DNA of 64,000 nucleotides from Alistipes sp. (GTDB lineage Bacteria > Bacteroidota > Bacteroidia > Bacteroidales > Rikenellaceae), in NCBI GenBank assembly GCA_031285405.1, contig JAITWH010000043.1:5595-69594 (forward strand), written 5' to 3'. Below the pieces are notes generated by a model, which worked only from the letters and a program-made list of their open reading frames with translations, made no database searches and was not told the DNA's origin. A program made the position numbers and the translations under genes. Below, piece by piece: positions 45,175 through 53,398 of this stretch (position 1 is the first letter of the stretch; the number at the start of each line of letters is the position of its first letter).

Positions 45175-45274
45175 TGCCTTTGTGCTTGCTGTAACAGTGC
45201 TATAATCAATGTGTTAGTTGTGGGTGGAATGGCGACGCCTACCGCGGAACTGCGGAAGCGGCGAGTACTCATAT

Positions 45275-45410
45275 CGGTTACGGTGCGGATGGTAAAAGCG
45301 TTACGGATGGCACAGATGGCAAGGATTGTTAAAGCGTTACATATGTCACGGATGGGATGGATGGCGAAAAAACGTTACGAATGGCACGGGTGATGCGAAT
45401 GGCGAGGCCC
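45275..45410 (+). repeat. degenerate tandem array (~36-38 bp period) of AAAGCGTTAC-N4-G(G/T)CAC-(R)GATGG units
   Basis: GCGTTACGGATGGCAC (45298), GCGTTACATATGTCAC (45334), ACGTTACGAATGGCAC (45372), plus flanking partial copies. Non-coding, downstream of the HTH gene. Confidence 0.7.
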
Positions 45411-45633
45411 GAATCTTGTTGCGGGAGCTTTGGGGCGGCGAGTGTTCAATCCAGCGACCTTGCGGATGGTGAAAGCGTTCGTTGCGCCGTCATTGACGGC
45501 TGAAGTTTTTATGCGGGGTCGCAAAACTGTAACTCAGGAGGCGTCATGCGTCGTCCGGCACGAACCTTAAAAGCTTTAGTTTGAGAGCATCACGTGGTGG
45601 TTGCGAGGTCGTGGAATTGTAGTTCTGGAGGCG

Positions 45634-46191
45634 TCACGCGTCTATTGTGAGATCGCAATTGCGCTCAGTATCATCTATTTGCGCGCCGAGGTGGGTGTAG
45701 AATCCGATGGCGGGCGCGTTCCATTCCGAGACCTGCCAACGCATTTTGTGGCACCCGTTTTCGCGCGCAAAGTCGATCGCCGCGCGAATTAGTTTCGTGC
45801 CGATTCCATGCCCGCGCCACTCGGGTCGCACGTATAAGTCGTCCATATACAGCGACTTACCCGTCCACGAGTAGTAGGCGAAGAAGCAGGTCGCATAGCC
45901 CAAAATCTCGCCGCCGCCACTTTTTTCACAACTTTTCTCGCTGCTTTTCTCGCCACCGCCGCCCTTTTCACCGCCGCCCTGTTCGCCGCTGCTCCCGCCA
46001 CCGCTGCGTTCACCGACGCTCTCCCCGCCAGCTCGGGCCACAAAACCTTTAAGAAAATCGGCCTCATGCGCCATTCTCTCGACGGAGTTGACCATCTTGT
46101 GCGGCATTTTCTCGAACTCGGCGAACTCGCGAAAAAGCGCGACGAGCCCCCCGTGATCCTCGCGCGTGATCGCCTCGATACGGATTTCCAT
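45634..46191 (-). CDS. GNAT-family N-acetyltransferase with a Gly/Ser/Glu-rich insertion
   Basis: Start trimmed to MEIRIEAITRED. Acetyl-CoA motif LYVRPEWRGHGIGTKLI. ...RWQVSEWNAPAIGFYTHLGA. Confidence 0.8.
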   Translation of the reverse strand: MEIRIEAITREDHGGLVALFREFAEFEKMPHKMVNSVERMAHEADFLKGFVARAGGESVGERSGGGSSGEQGGGEKGGGGEKSSEKSCEKSGGGEILGYATCFFAYYSWTGKSLYMDDLYVRPEWRGHGIGTKLIRAAIDFARENGCHKMRWQVSEWNAPAIGFYTHLGAQIDDTERNCDLTIDA

Positions 46192-46204
46192 GTGCGCGGA
46201 GGTT

Positions 46205-46696
46205 TTAGAACGGCAGGTCGTCGACGTCGTCGGCGGGAGATGCCGGCGCGGTGCTTTCGTTGAACGGCGCGCCCTCGAAGCGTCCGCCGCTGCCGGAACT
46301 GCTGCCAGAACCAGATCCACTGCTACCATAGCCCGATCCGGAACCCGAACCCCCACCATAGCCCGAACCCGAGGCCCCATAAGCCCCCGAACCCGACCCG
46401 CCGCCAGAGCCAGCCCCTGCCCCCGAACCTCCGCCCCTCACGATTTTCCAGGCTTTGACATCGGTATACCATTTGCCGTTGTACTCTCGCGATTCGACAT
46501 TGACAGAGACATTTACGGTTTCGCCTTCTGAGAGGGCGGCGGCATCCTCGGCGCGATCGCCGAAGAAGGTGACGCATATTTTTCGGCTGAATTCGCTCGG
46601 CAGTTCAAACACCACGTCCTGTTTTTTCCACGCGCCCTTTGCGCTTGTGCCCGACATTTCGGGCAGTTTCCGGAACACGACTCCTTCAAATTCCAT
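46205..46696 (-). CDS. DUF3127-family OB-fold protein with Gly/Ser linker and SSB-like acidic tip (DDLPF)
   Basis: Start trimmed to MEFEGVVFRKLPEMSGTSAKGAWKKQDVVFE...REYNGKWYTDVKAWKI, the pattern I associate with DUF3127, followed by ~65 aa of G/S/A/Y and a terminal DDVDDLPF. Confidence 0.7.
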   Translation of the reverse strand: MEFEGVVFRKLPEMSGTSAKGAWKKQDVVFELPSEFSRKICVTFFGDRAEDAAALSEGETVNVSVNVESREYNGKWYTDVKAWKIVRGGGSGAGAGSGGGSGSGAYGASGSGYGGGSGSGSGYGSSGSGSGSSSGSGGRFEGAPFNESTAPASPADDVDDLPF

Positions 46697-46725
46697 GATG
46701 ATATTTTTTCGGATTAATTTACGTG

Positions 46726-46733
46726 CAAAGATA
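46726..46733 (-). promoter_or_regulatory. -7 box TATCTTTG for the DUF3127-GNAT pair
   Basis: The plus strand reads CAAAGATA, ~30 nt upstream of the ATG at 46696 (minus strand). Confidence 0.45.
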
Positions 46734-46734
46734 C

Positions 46735-46770
46735 AAAAAAGGCCGCCTTTTAACAAGACGGCCCGAAAAA
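46735..46770 (-). terminator. intrinsic terminator after the FKBP lipoprotein gene
   Basis: The minus strand reads TTTTTCGGGCCG-tcttgttaaaag-CGGCC-TTTTTT. Confidence 0.55.
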
Positions 46771-46811
46771 TTCCAACCGGAACGCTCCTTAAGGAGCCTT
46801 CTGAAAAAACC

Positions 46812-47492
46812 TTACTCGGCAGTTGCAGGAACGACGTCCAGCAGCTTGATCTCGAACTTGAGCGCCGAGTTTGCGGGGATGGGGCCCGACTGCTGTGCGC
46901 CGTAACCGAGTTCGGAGGGTACCCACAGGGTGACCTCGCCGCCCTTGCCGACGAGCTTCATGCCCTCGGTCCACGCCGCGATGACGCGGTTCAGTGCAAA
47001 CGAGATGCTGTCGCGGCTGTCGAACACGGTGCCGTCCTTGAGCGTACCTTTGTAGTTGACAACCACCTGATCGGCGTCGTTGGTGGCCTTGACGTTGACG
47101 TCGCCGGCGTTCACGATCTCATACATCAGCCCGCTGGCGGTGGTCTGCACGTTCGAGTTGTCGGCTTTCACCTCGTCGAGCCACGCTTGGCTTTCGGCTT
47201 TCGCCTTGGCCGGCACGCGCACGGTGAACCACTCGTTGATAAACGCCGTGGCATCCTCGGGTGTCATCTGCGTCTTTTCGTCGAAAACGTCGCGGAACGC
47301 GGCGGCCAACAGGCTGCCGTTGAGTGTGCTGTCTTCAATTCCACGCACGCCCGAATTCGTCGCGAAGTCAACGCCGATGGCGTACGACAGCGAGTCGATG
47401 GTGTTGAAGCTTTTGATGCTTTTAGATTCGCCGCACGAAGCGAAAGCGGCACACGCGGCCGCAGCCACGATCATTAATTTTTTCATTTCCAA
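46812..47492 (-). CDS. FKBP-type peptidyl-prolyl isomerase lipoprotein (FkpA/FklB-like)
   Basis: Lipobox (AAFASCG). FKBP domain VVVNYKGTLKDGTVFDS...LNRVIAAWTEGMKLVGKGGEVTLWVPSELGYG. Confidence 0.85.
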   Translation of the reverse strand: MEMKKLMIVAAAACAAFASCGESKSIKSFNTIDSLSYAIGVDFATNSGVRGIEDSTLNGSLLAAAFRDVFDEKTQMTPEDATAFINEWFTVRVPAKAKAESQAWLDEVKADNSNVQTTASGLMYEIVNAGDVNVKATNDADQVVVNYKGTLKDGTVFDSRDSISFALNRVIAAWTEGMKLVGKGGEVTLWVPSELGYGAQQSGPIPANSALKFEIKLLDVVPATAE

Positions 47493-47656
47493 TTAGTTAT
47501 TATTTAGTTCCAAAATTTTTCCTCAGATGATTACGAGCTGTCACAAAATCCCGGCAAAGATAGTGCAAGCCGAACGAAATGCCAAATTTATTTGAGCATT
47601 TCTGAGGCGCAGCCTATCTAAAACGAGCGAAGCGAAGTTAAAGGTATTAAAAAAAA

Positions 47657-47757
47657 TTGAAAGTGGAAAGTTGAAAATTGAAAATGCGGCTACGCAGCGC
47701 AAATTTTTGGGTGAAGCCCTGCGTCGCGTTAGCCCATTTTCAATTTTCAATTTTCAA
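47657..47757. repeat. ~100-bp MITE/REP-like element bounded by inverted heptamer arrays
   Basis: Left end TTGAAAGTGGAAAGTTGAAAATTGAAAA, right end TTTTCAATTTTCAATTTTCAA. The interior GCGGCTACGCAGCGC...GCGTCGCGTTAGCCC is itself an imperfect inverted repeat. It abuts the TAA stop of the arginase-family gene. Confidence 0.75.
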
Positions 47758-48789
47758 TTAACGAAGCGCCTGCCCACAAAGCTTAAAAAGCATCCGCGCC
47801 CCCACGTTAGCATCCCAAGAGCTCCCGTCGGATGGGGCGACCTCGCAAAGATCGAACCCCACGATGCGCCGCCCCGAGTCGACCACGCGCCGTAGCAGCC
47901 ACGCCGCCTCGTCGAACGACGCACCCCCTGGGACGGGCGTTCCGGTGCCCGGACAGAGGTCTGGCGAGAGGAAGTCGATGTCGAAACTGACGTACACCCG
48001 CTCGGGCAACTCGGCGACAATTCGCCCGCACTGCGAGTCCCAGCTCTCGCCCCCGAAGCGCCCCTCGGCGAGTTCGGCGCCGGTGAACTGCACAACCCGA
48101 TGGTGCTGTTGTGCGAATCGTAGCTCGGACTCGCTGAAGTCGCGCACCCCGACCTGCACCAATCGCGAGACGCCGGCCACGTCGCGCAACACGTTGAACA
48201 TCACCGACGCGTGCGACCCCTCGAACCCCTCGTAGGCCTCCCTCAGGTCGCAGTGCGCGTCTAAGTGCAGTATTCCGATCGACCCGTGGTACCGCGCGAC
48301 GGCCGCTATGAGCCCCTGCGGCGCGCTGTGGTCGCCGCCCACGAGTCCAACAACCTTGCCACGCCCGAGCCACTCGCCGCACACCGCCTCCACCCGCCGG
48401 TTCAGCTCGGCCGACGCGGCGTTGATCTCGTTGATTTCGCTTGTGAAGGCGCCCGCGTCGCCGCCCGCCTCCAACGCCTCGATCACCTTCACGGCCTCGC
48501 GCCTGAGCCGCACGCTTCGTTCGCGCACCTCGCCGTCAACGGGCAGCGTGGCGATGCCCTTGCGCCACTCGCCGGCGGCCCACGGGTCGTGGAAATCGAG
48601 CTGCGACGACTCCTCTATAATAGCCTCGGGCGCGTCGGCGGCCCCTCCGCCATACGACGACGTGACGTCCCACGGCACCGACACGAGCACCAACGCCGCC
48701 TCGTCGGCCGAAAATGGCATCCCGAAATAGTTGCCGTTGCGAACTCCGACCCCGTCGGGGTCAAAGACTGAAATGTTTTCTGAATTCAT
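47758..48789 (-). CDS. arginase-superfamily protein (agmatinase/formimidoylglutamase-like)
   Basis: Start trimmed to MNSENISVFDPDG. Mn-binding motifs GLVGGDHS, LHLDAHCDL, SFDIDFLSP. Confidence 0.8.
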   Translation of the reverse strand: MNSENISVFDPDGVGVRNGNYFGMPFSADEAALVLVSVPWDVTSSYGGGAADAPEAIIEESSQLDFHDPWAAGEWRKGIATLPVDGEVRERSVRLRREAVKVIEALEAGGDAGAFTSEINEINAASAELNRRVEAVCGEWLGRGKVVGLVGGDHSAPQGLIAAVARYHGSIGILHLDAHCDLREAYEGFEGSHASVMFNVLRDVAGVSRLVQVGVRDFSESELRFAQQHHRVVQFTGAELAEGRFGGESWDSQCGRIVAELPERVYVSFDIDFLSPDLCPGTGTPVPGGASFDEAAWLLRRVVDSGRRIVGFDLCEVAPSDGSSWDANVGARMLFKLCGQALR

Positions 48790-49075
48790 ACTCTCGTCGC
48801 TTTCTGAAAAAAAGAATAAAGCCAAAGGTACGGAAAAGTGGGCGCATACGCAACTCCCGCCCTCTCTTCGCCACACAGCGTTCGTCACGAGCGAATGTGG
48901 CGATGTGAAAAAAAGGTAAAAAAATTGATAAAAAATTTTTATTAACAAAATCTTTTTCGTAAGTTTGCGCAATATCTGACGCCTATCGGGCGTTTGGTAT
49001 TCGAATCTTTACTTCAGTTGCGACGACCCGGGTAGAGGATTCTTTTTTTTCATAATCAATACATTAAAGTTGGTC

Positions 49076-49112
49076 CTCCCCCGCAGCAGCGTTGCTCCGG
49101 GGGAGTTTTTTT
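49076..49112 (+). terminator. strong intrinsic terminator in the arginase-family/pdxB divergent gap
   Basis: CTCCCCCG-CAGCAGCGTTGCT-CCGGGGGAG followed by TTTTTTT. Confidence 0.65.
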
Positions 49113-49265
49113 GACCCGATCGCCACTGAACCGCCCGACTTTTCGCCCGCGCGGATATCATTATTAAGAAATTATTTATATCTTTGGTGCGACCAATAAA
49201 TATAAACGCGACCAAAGTAGACACAAAATAGACCAAAAATCCCGTAACCCGTAAAAAAAATAGCC

Positions 49266-50303
49266 ATGAAGATCGTTGTTGACCGAGATATCCCGTTTTT
49301 GAGCGGAGTGTTCGAACCGTGGGCCGAGGTGGTCTACCTGCGCGGCGACTCGATCGGCGCGAGCGACGTGCTCGACGCCGACGCAATCCTGACCCGCACC
49401 CGCACCCGCTGCGACGCCGCGCTGTTGGAAGGCTCCACGGTGCGCTTCATCGGCACGGCGACGATCGGTTTCGACCATATCGACATGGAGTGGTGCACCT
49501 CGCGCGGCATCCGTGTGGTCACGGCGGCGGGATGCAACAGACGCGGCGTGCTCCAATGGGTGTCGGCGGCGCTGGCATGGTTGGCCGGCAATCGGGGCCT
49601 GAAACCCTCCGAGACCACTTTGGGCGTCGTCGGGGTTGGCAACGTCGGCTCGCTGGTGGCTCGTTACGCCGCGAAGTGGGGCTTCCGCGTGATGTGCAGC
49701 GACCCCCCGCGCGAACGCGCCGAGGGGCTGACCGCCGTCGACGGCTTCCATCCGCTGAGCGAGATCGTCGAGCACAGCGACGTGCTCACCTTCCACACTC
49801 CCCTCACCACCATCGGCCCCGACGCGACGCGCCATCTGGTCGACCGCGAGTTCGTCACCTCCACCCGCCCTGGCGCCGTGATCTTCAACTCGTCGCGCGG
49901 CGCCATCATCGAGCCAGGTTCGCTGCGTGGCTCCATTCGCGACTACATCGCCGACACGTGGAACGCCGAACCCCACATCGACCGCGAGGTGCTGAACAGC
50001 TCGCTCTTAGGCACGCCCCACATCGCCGGCTACTCACTTCAGGGCAAGGCGACCGGCACCGCGATGGTTGTCAATGCGTTGGCGCGCGAGTTCGACCTGC
50101 CGTTGCCCGCCGCCGCAGGACTCGACCACTGGTACCCCGAGGGTGCGCCACGCAGCGAGGCACGCGACATCACCTGGGACGAAATGTGCGCCGAGATGCC
50201 CTCACACTTCGACATCGCCGCCGAGAGCGCCGCGCTGAAGTCCGCACCCGACCGCTTCGAGGCGATGCGCGACAACTACGATTACAGATTGGAATTTTTT
50301 TAG
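49266..50303 (+). CDS. pdxB: 4-phosphoerythronate dehydrogenase
   Basis: MKIVVDRDIPFL..., NAD fold LGVVGVGNVGS, ...HTPLT..., ...TPHIAGYS, plus the PdxB-type C-terminal dimerisation domain. Confidence 0.85.
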   Translation: MKIVVDRDIPFLSGVFEPWAEVVYLRGDSIGASDVLDADAILTRTRTRCDAALLEGSTVRFIGTATIGFDHIDMEWCTSRGIRVVTAAGCNRRGVLQWVSAALAWLAGNRGLKPSETTLGVVGVGNVGSLVARYAAKWGFRVMCSDPPRERAEGLTAVDGFHPLSEIVEHSDVLTFHTPLTTIGPDATRHLVDREFVTSTRPGAVIFNSSRGAIIEPGSLRGSIRDYIADTWNAEPHIDREVLNSSLLGTPHIAGYSLQGKATGTAMVVNALAREFDLPLPAAAGLDHWYPEGAPRSEARDITWDEMCAEMPSHFDIAAESAALKSAPDRFEAMRDNYDYRLEFF

Positions 50304-50335
50304 ACGCCCGCCGGCGGGCGAAGTTCAAGCGAGCA

Positions 50336-51169
50336 TCAGGCGATCAGATCCGCGATAGCCCCCGCCGCAAAGGCAAACGATGCGGCGCCATTGACCCAGT
50401 CGAAGGCCAGCCGCCGCGACGAGTGTTGCAGCACCAGCAGCGCGACGAACACGCCCGCGCCCACCCAATAAAGCCCCCCCCGCGAGGTGTAGAGCCCGAA
50501 AATCACCACCGCGTAGACCGTCACAAGGTGCAGCAGCACACTGATCACGGAGGCACCCCGACCCTTAAATCGCGCCGGCACAGAGTGCAACCCATGCGCG
50601 CGATCGTGCTCGGCGTCCTGCCGCGCGTAGATTATGTCGAACCCCGCGACCCAAGTCATCACCAGCGCCGCAAGCACGATAGGCGCCAATGCGACCGTCC
50701 CAGTCACAGCGATGTATGCCCCCACCGGAGCGATGGCAAGCCCCATCCCCAACACCACGTGCGACCAGGCGGTGAAACGTTTAGTGTAGCTGTAACCCAA
50801 AATCACCATCAGCGCGACGGGCGAGAGCGCCAGAGTCAGTCGATTGATCGCCGCCGCCACACCTATAAATAGAGCCGCGTTGAGAACCACAAACCACAAC
50901 GCCGCACGAGCCGACACAACCCCCGCCGGAATCTCGCGCGAGGCGGTGCGCGGATTGGCCGCGTCGATGTGCCGGTCGGCCCAGCGGTTGAACCCCATCG
51001 CGGCGTTGCGCGCCAACACCATGCACGCCACCACCTCGACAAGCAGCAGCCACTCGAACGCCGCTCCGGTCGATCGAAGCGCATACACATAGCCCGTCAA
51101 CGCAAACGGCATCGCGAAAACCGTGTGCGAAAATTTCACCAACGAGGCGTATTTCGATAAGATGTTCAT
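50336..51169 (-). CDS. UbiA-family aromatic prenyltransferase (4-hydroxybenzoate polyprenyltransferase-like)
   Basis: Multi-pass membrane protein with NRWADRHIDAANPRTASR (NxxxDxxxD) and a second Asp-rich motif, YARQDAEHD. Confidence 0.8.
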   Translation of the reverse strand: MNILSKYASLVKFSHTVFAMPFALTGYVYALRSTGAAFEWLLLVEVVACMVLARNAAMGFNRWADRHIDAANPRTASREIPAGVVSARAALWFVVLNAALFIGVAAAINRLTLALSPVALMVILGYSYTKRFTAWSHVVLGMGLAIAPVGAYIAVTGTVALAPIVLAALVMTWVAGFDIIYARQDAEHDRAHGLHSVPARFKGRGASVISVLLHLVTVYAVVIFGLYTSRGGLYWVGAGVFVALLVLQHSSRRLAFDWVNGAASFAFAAGAIADLIA

Positions 51170-51233
51170 GCTTTTTTCCCTATAAAGTAAATCCGTGGCC
51201 GGCGTTACGGTTCAAATAATCGGCGAAATTAGC

Positions 51234-51241
51234 TAACTTTG
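51234..51241 (+). promoter_or_regulatory. -7 box TAACTTTG for lepA
   Basis: Matches TAnnTTTG, 22 nt upstream of the ATG at 51264. Confidence 0.5.
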
Positions 51242-51263
51242 CCGCAAATACGAAAGAATCCGG

Positions 51264-53054
51264 ATGAAAAACATACGCAATTTCTGCATCATCGCCCACA
51301 TCGACCACGGCAAGAGCACTCTCGCCGACCGCCTGCTGGAGGAGACAAAGACCATCACCGAGCGCGAACAACAGGCCCAGGTGTTGGACAACATGGACCT
51401 CGAACGCGAAAAAGGCATCACCATCAAGAGCCACGCAATACAGATGGACTACATTTCGGCAGCCGGTCAAAAGCACGTTCTCAATCTGATCGACACCCCG
51501 GGCCACGTCGACTTCTCCTACGAGGTGTCGCGAGCCATCGCCTCGTGCGAGGGTGCGCTGTTGGTGGTCGACGCCACTCAGGGCATTCAGGCCCAGACCA
51601 TCTCGAATCTCTACCTCGCCCTCGGCCACGACCTCGAAGTGATCCCCGTGCTCAACAAGATCGACATGGAGGCGGCGATGGTCGACGAGGTGAAGGACCA
51701 GATAGTAGACCTCCTCGGCTGCGAGCGCGAGGAGATACTCGAAGTGTCGGCCAAGACGGGCATCGGCATCCGCGACCTGTTGGAGGCGATCGTCGAACGC
51801 GTTCCCGCACCCAAGGGCGACGACAGCGCCCCGTTGCAGGCGTTGATCTTCGACTCGGTATTCAACTCGTTCCGCGGCATCATCGCCTACTTCCGCATCA
51901 TGAACGGCACGCTGCGCAAGGGCGAGCGGGTCAAGTTTTTCAACACCCGCAGCGAGTACGACGCCGACGAGATCGGGGTGCTCAAGCTCAAACTGTCGCC
52001 CAAGGAGGAGATGCGCGCCGGCGACGTGGGCTACATAATCTCGGGGATCAAAAATTCGGTCGACGTCAAGGTGGGCGACACCATCACTCATGTGGCAAGA
52101 CCCGCAACCGAGGCGATCGCCGGCTTCGAGGATGTCAAACCGATGGTCTTCGCGGGGGTCTATCCCGTCGAGACCGACGAGTACGAAGACCTGCGCGCGT
52201 CGCTCGAAAAGCTCAAGTTGAACGACGCCTCGTTGACCTTCGAGCCCGAGAGTTCGCTGGCGCTGGGCTTCGGCTTCCGCTGCGGATTCCTGGGACTGCT
52301 GCACTTGGAGATCATTCAGGAGCGCCTCTACCGCGAGTTCGACATGGACGTCATCACCACCGTGCCCAACGTGTCGTACCGAATCACGACGACCAAGGGC
52401 GCTGTCTTAGACGTACACAACCCCAGCGGTCTGCCCGATCCGAGCCACGTGGCCGAGATCGAGGAGCCCTACATCCTCGCGCAGATCATCACCAAGACCG
52501 AATATCTGGGCAACGTCATCAAACTGTGCATGGACAAGCGCGGCATCATGACCAACCAAACGTTTTTGACTCAGGAGCGCGTCGAGATCAACTTCGAGAT
52601 GCCGTTGAGCGAGATCGTCTTCGACTTCTACGACAAACTCAAGAGCATCTCGCGCGGATACGCCTCGTTCGACTACCATCAGATCGGCTACAAACCGTCG
52701 AAGTTGGCCAAGTTGGACATTCTGCTCAACAGCGAGCCGGTCGACGCCCTCTCGTCGCTCATCTACGTCGACCACGCCTACGACTTCGGTCGAAAAATGT
52801 GCGAGAAACTCAAGGAGCTCATCCCGCGTCAGCAGTTCGACGTGGCGATTCAGGCGGCCATCGGCGCCAAGATCATCGCCCGCGAGACTGTCAAGGCGGT
52901 GCGTAAAGATGTGACCGCAAAGTGTTACGGAGGAGACATTTCGCGAAAACGCAAACTTTTGGACAAGCAGAAGAAGGGCAAAAAACGCATGCGTCAGGTC
53001 GGCAACGTCGAGGTTCCTCAGGAGGCTTTCCTCGCAGTTTTGAAGATGGATTGA
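51264..53054 (+). CDS. lepA: translation elongation factor 4
   Basis: [34 protein letters not shown], and the LepA-specific C-terminal domain (...[23 protein letters not shown]). Confidence 0.97.
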   Translation: MKNIRNFCIIAHIDHGKSTLADRLLEETKTITEREQQAQVLDNMDLEREKGITIKSHAIQMDYISAAGQKHVLNLIDTPGHVDFSYEVSRAIASCEGALLVVDATQGIQAQTISNLYLALGHDLEVIPVLNKIDMEAAMVDEVKDQIVDLLGCEREEILEVSAKTGIGIRDLLEAIVERVPAPKGDDSAPLQALIFDSVFNSFRGIIAYFRIMNGTLRKGERVKFFNTRSEYDADEIGVLKLKLSPKEEMRAGDVGYIISGIKNSVDVKVGDTITHVARPATEAIAGFEDVKPMVFAGVYPVETDEYEDLRASLEKLKLNDASLTFEPESSLALGFGFRCGFLGLLHLEIIQERLYREFDMDVITTVPNVSYRITTTKGAVLDVHNPSGLPDPSHVAEIEEPYILAQIITKTEYLGNVIKLCMDKRGIMTNQTFLTQERVEINFEMPLSEIVFDFYDKLKSISRGYASFDYHQIGYKPSKLAKLDILLNSEPVDALSSLIYVDHAYDFGRKMCEKLKELIPRQQFDVAIQAAIGAKIIARETVKAVRKDVTAKCYGGDISRKRKLLDKQKKGKKRMRQVGNVEVPQEAFLAVLKMD

Positions 53055-53181
53055 CGGCAGGCCGGAATGCCGGAACGTCGTCGGCGGTTTTATAGCTACG
53101 CAGCGCAGAAACGCTCATCTTCCTTGTTTGAGTGTTGGTTCCGACATCATCCCGAGCGAGCGAAGCGACGAGGGATCTACC
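53055..53181 (+). repeat. composite repeat: A-variant (GCCGGAATGCCGGAACG...GGTTTTATAGCTACGCAGCGCAG) + B-like unit (CATCCCGAGCGAGCGAAGCGACGAGGGATC)
   Basis: Starts directly after the lepA TGA. Confidence 0.65.
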
Positions 53182-53209
53182 TTGCAGTTTTGCTTCGCGT
53201 GTGGCGAAT

Positions 53210-53348
53210 TTTCGATTTTTTTTTCGAGGCCCCCCCTAAAAACAGAGGGTGCTCCCGAAAAAACATCACTTTTTTGAAGTACACCCCCTAAAAAACAGGG
53301 GTACCCTCAGAAAAAATGCACTTTTTTCGAGAGTACCCCTGTTTTTTT
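53210..53348. repeat. tandem palindromic units (CCCCT-A6-C-AGGGG cores) ending in a ~44-bp imperfect palindrome plus T-run
   Basis: ...gaggccccccctaaaaacagagggtgctcccgaaaaaacatcacttttttgaagtacaccccctaaaaaacAGGGGTACCCTCAGAAAAAATGCACTTTTTTCGAGAGTACCCCTgttttttt. Lies between the convergent lepA and galK. Confidence 0.7.
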
Positions 53349-53398
53349 ACTTTTTGGTGCTGCTCGCCCGCACTATAACTAAAACTTTAGTTATAAAC

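Noticed and set aside
45211-45393. 60-aa ORF (…RMVKALRMAQMARIVKALHMSRMGWMAKK…)
   Set aside because: The periodic peptide is simply the translation of the degenerate GCGTTAC tandem repeat. It uses a GTG start and has no promoter box.
46192-46380. Longer N-termini for the GNAT (46380) and DUF3127 (46756) ORFs
   Set aside because: The extensions read through the neighbouring gene or promoter region with shadow-type composition. The internal ATGs give N-termini that fit the respective families.
48990-49010. tRNA-like T-loop string GGTATTCGAATC
   Set aside because: No acceptor, D or anticodon arms can be drawn around it, so this is an isolated resemblance only.
49319-50872. 517-aa (+) ORF spanning pdxB and antisense to the UbiA-family gene
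   Set aside because: More than 25% Arg/Pro/His by eye. It crosses an intergenic gap and two confidently called genes.
51180-52906. 374-aa (-) and 555-aa (+) ORFs over lepA
   Set aside because: Off-frame or antisense shadows of elongation factor 4.
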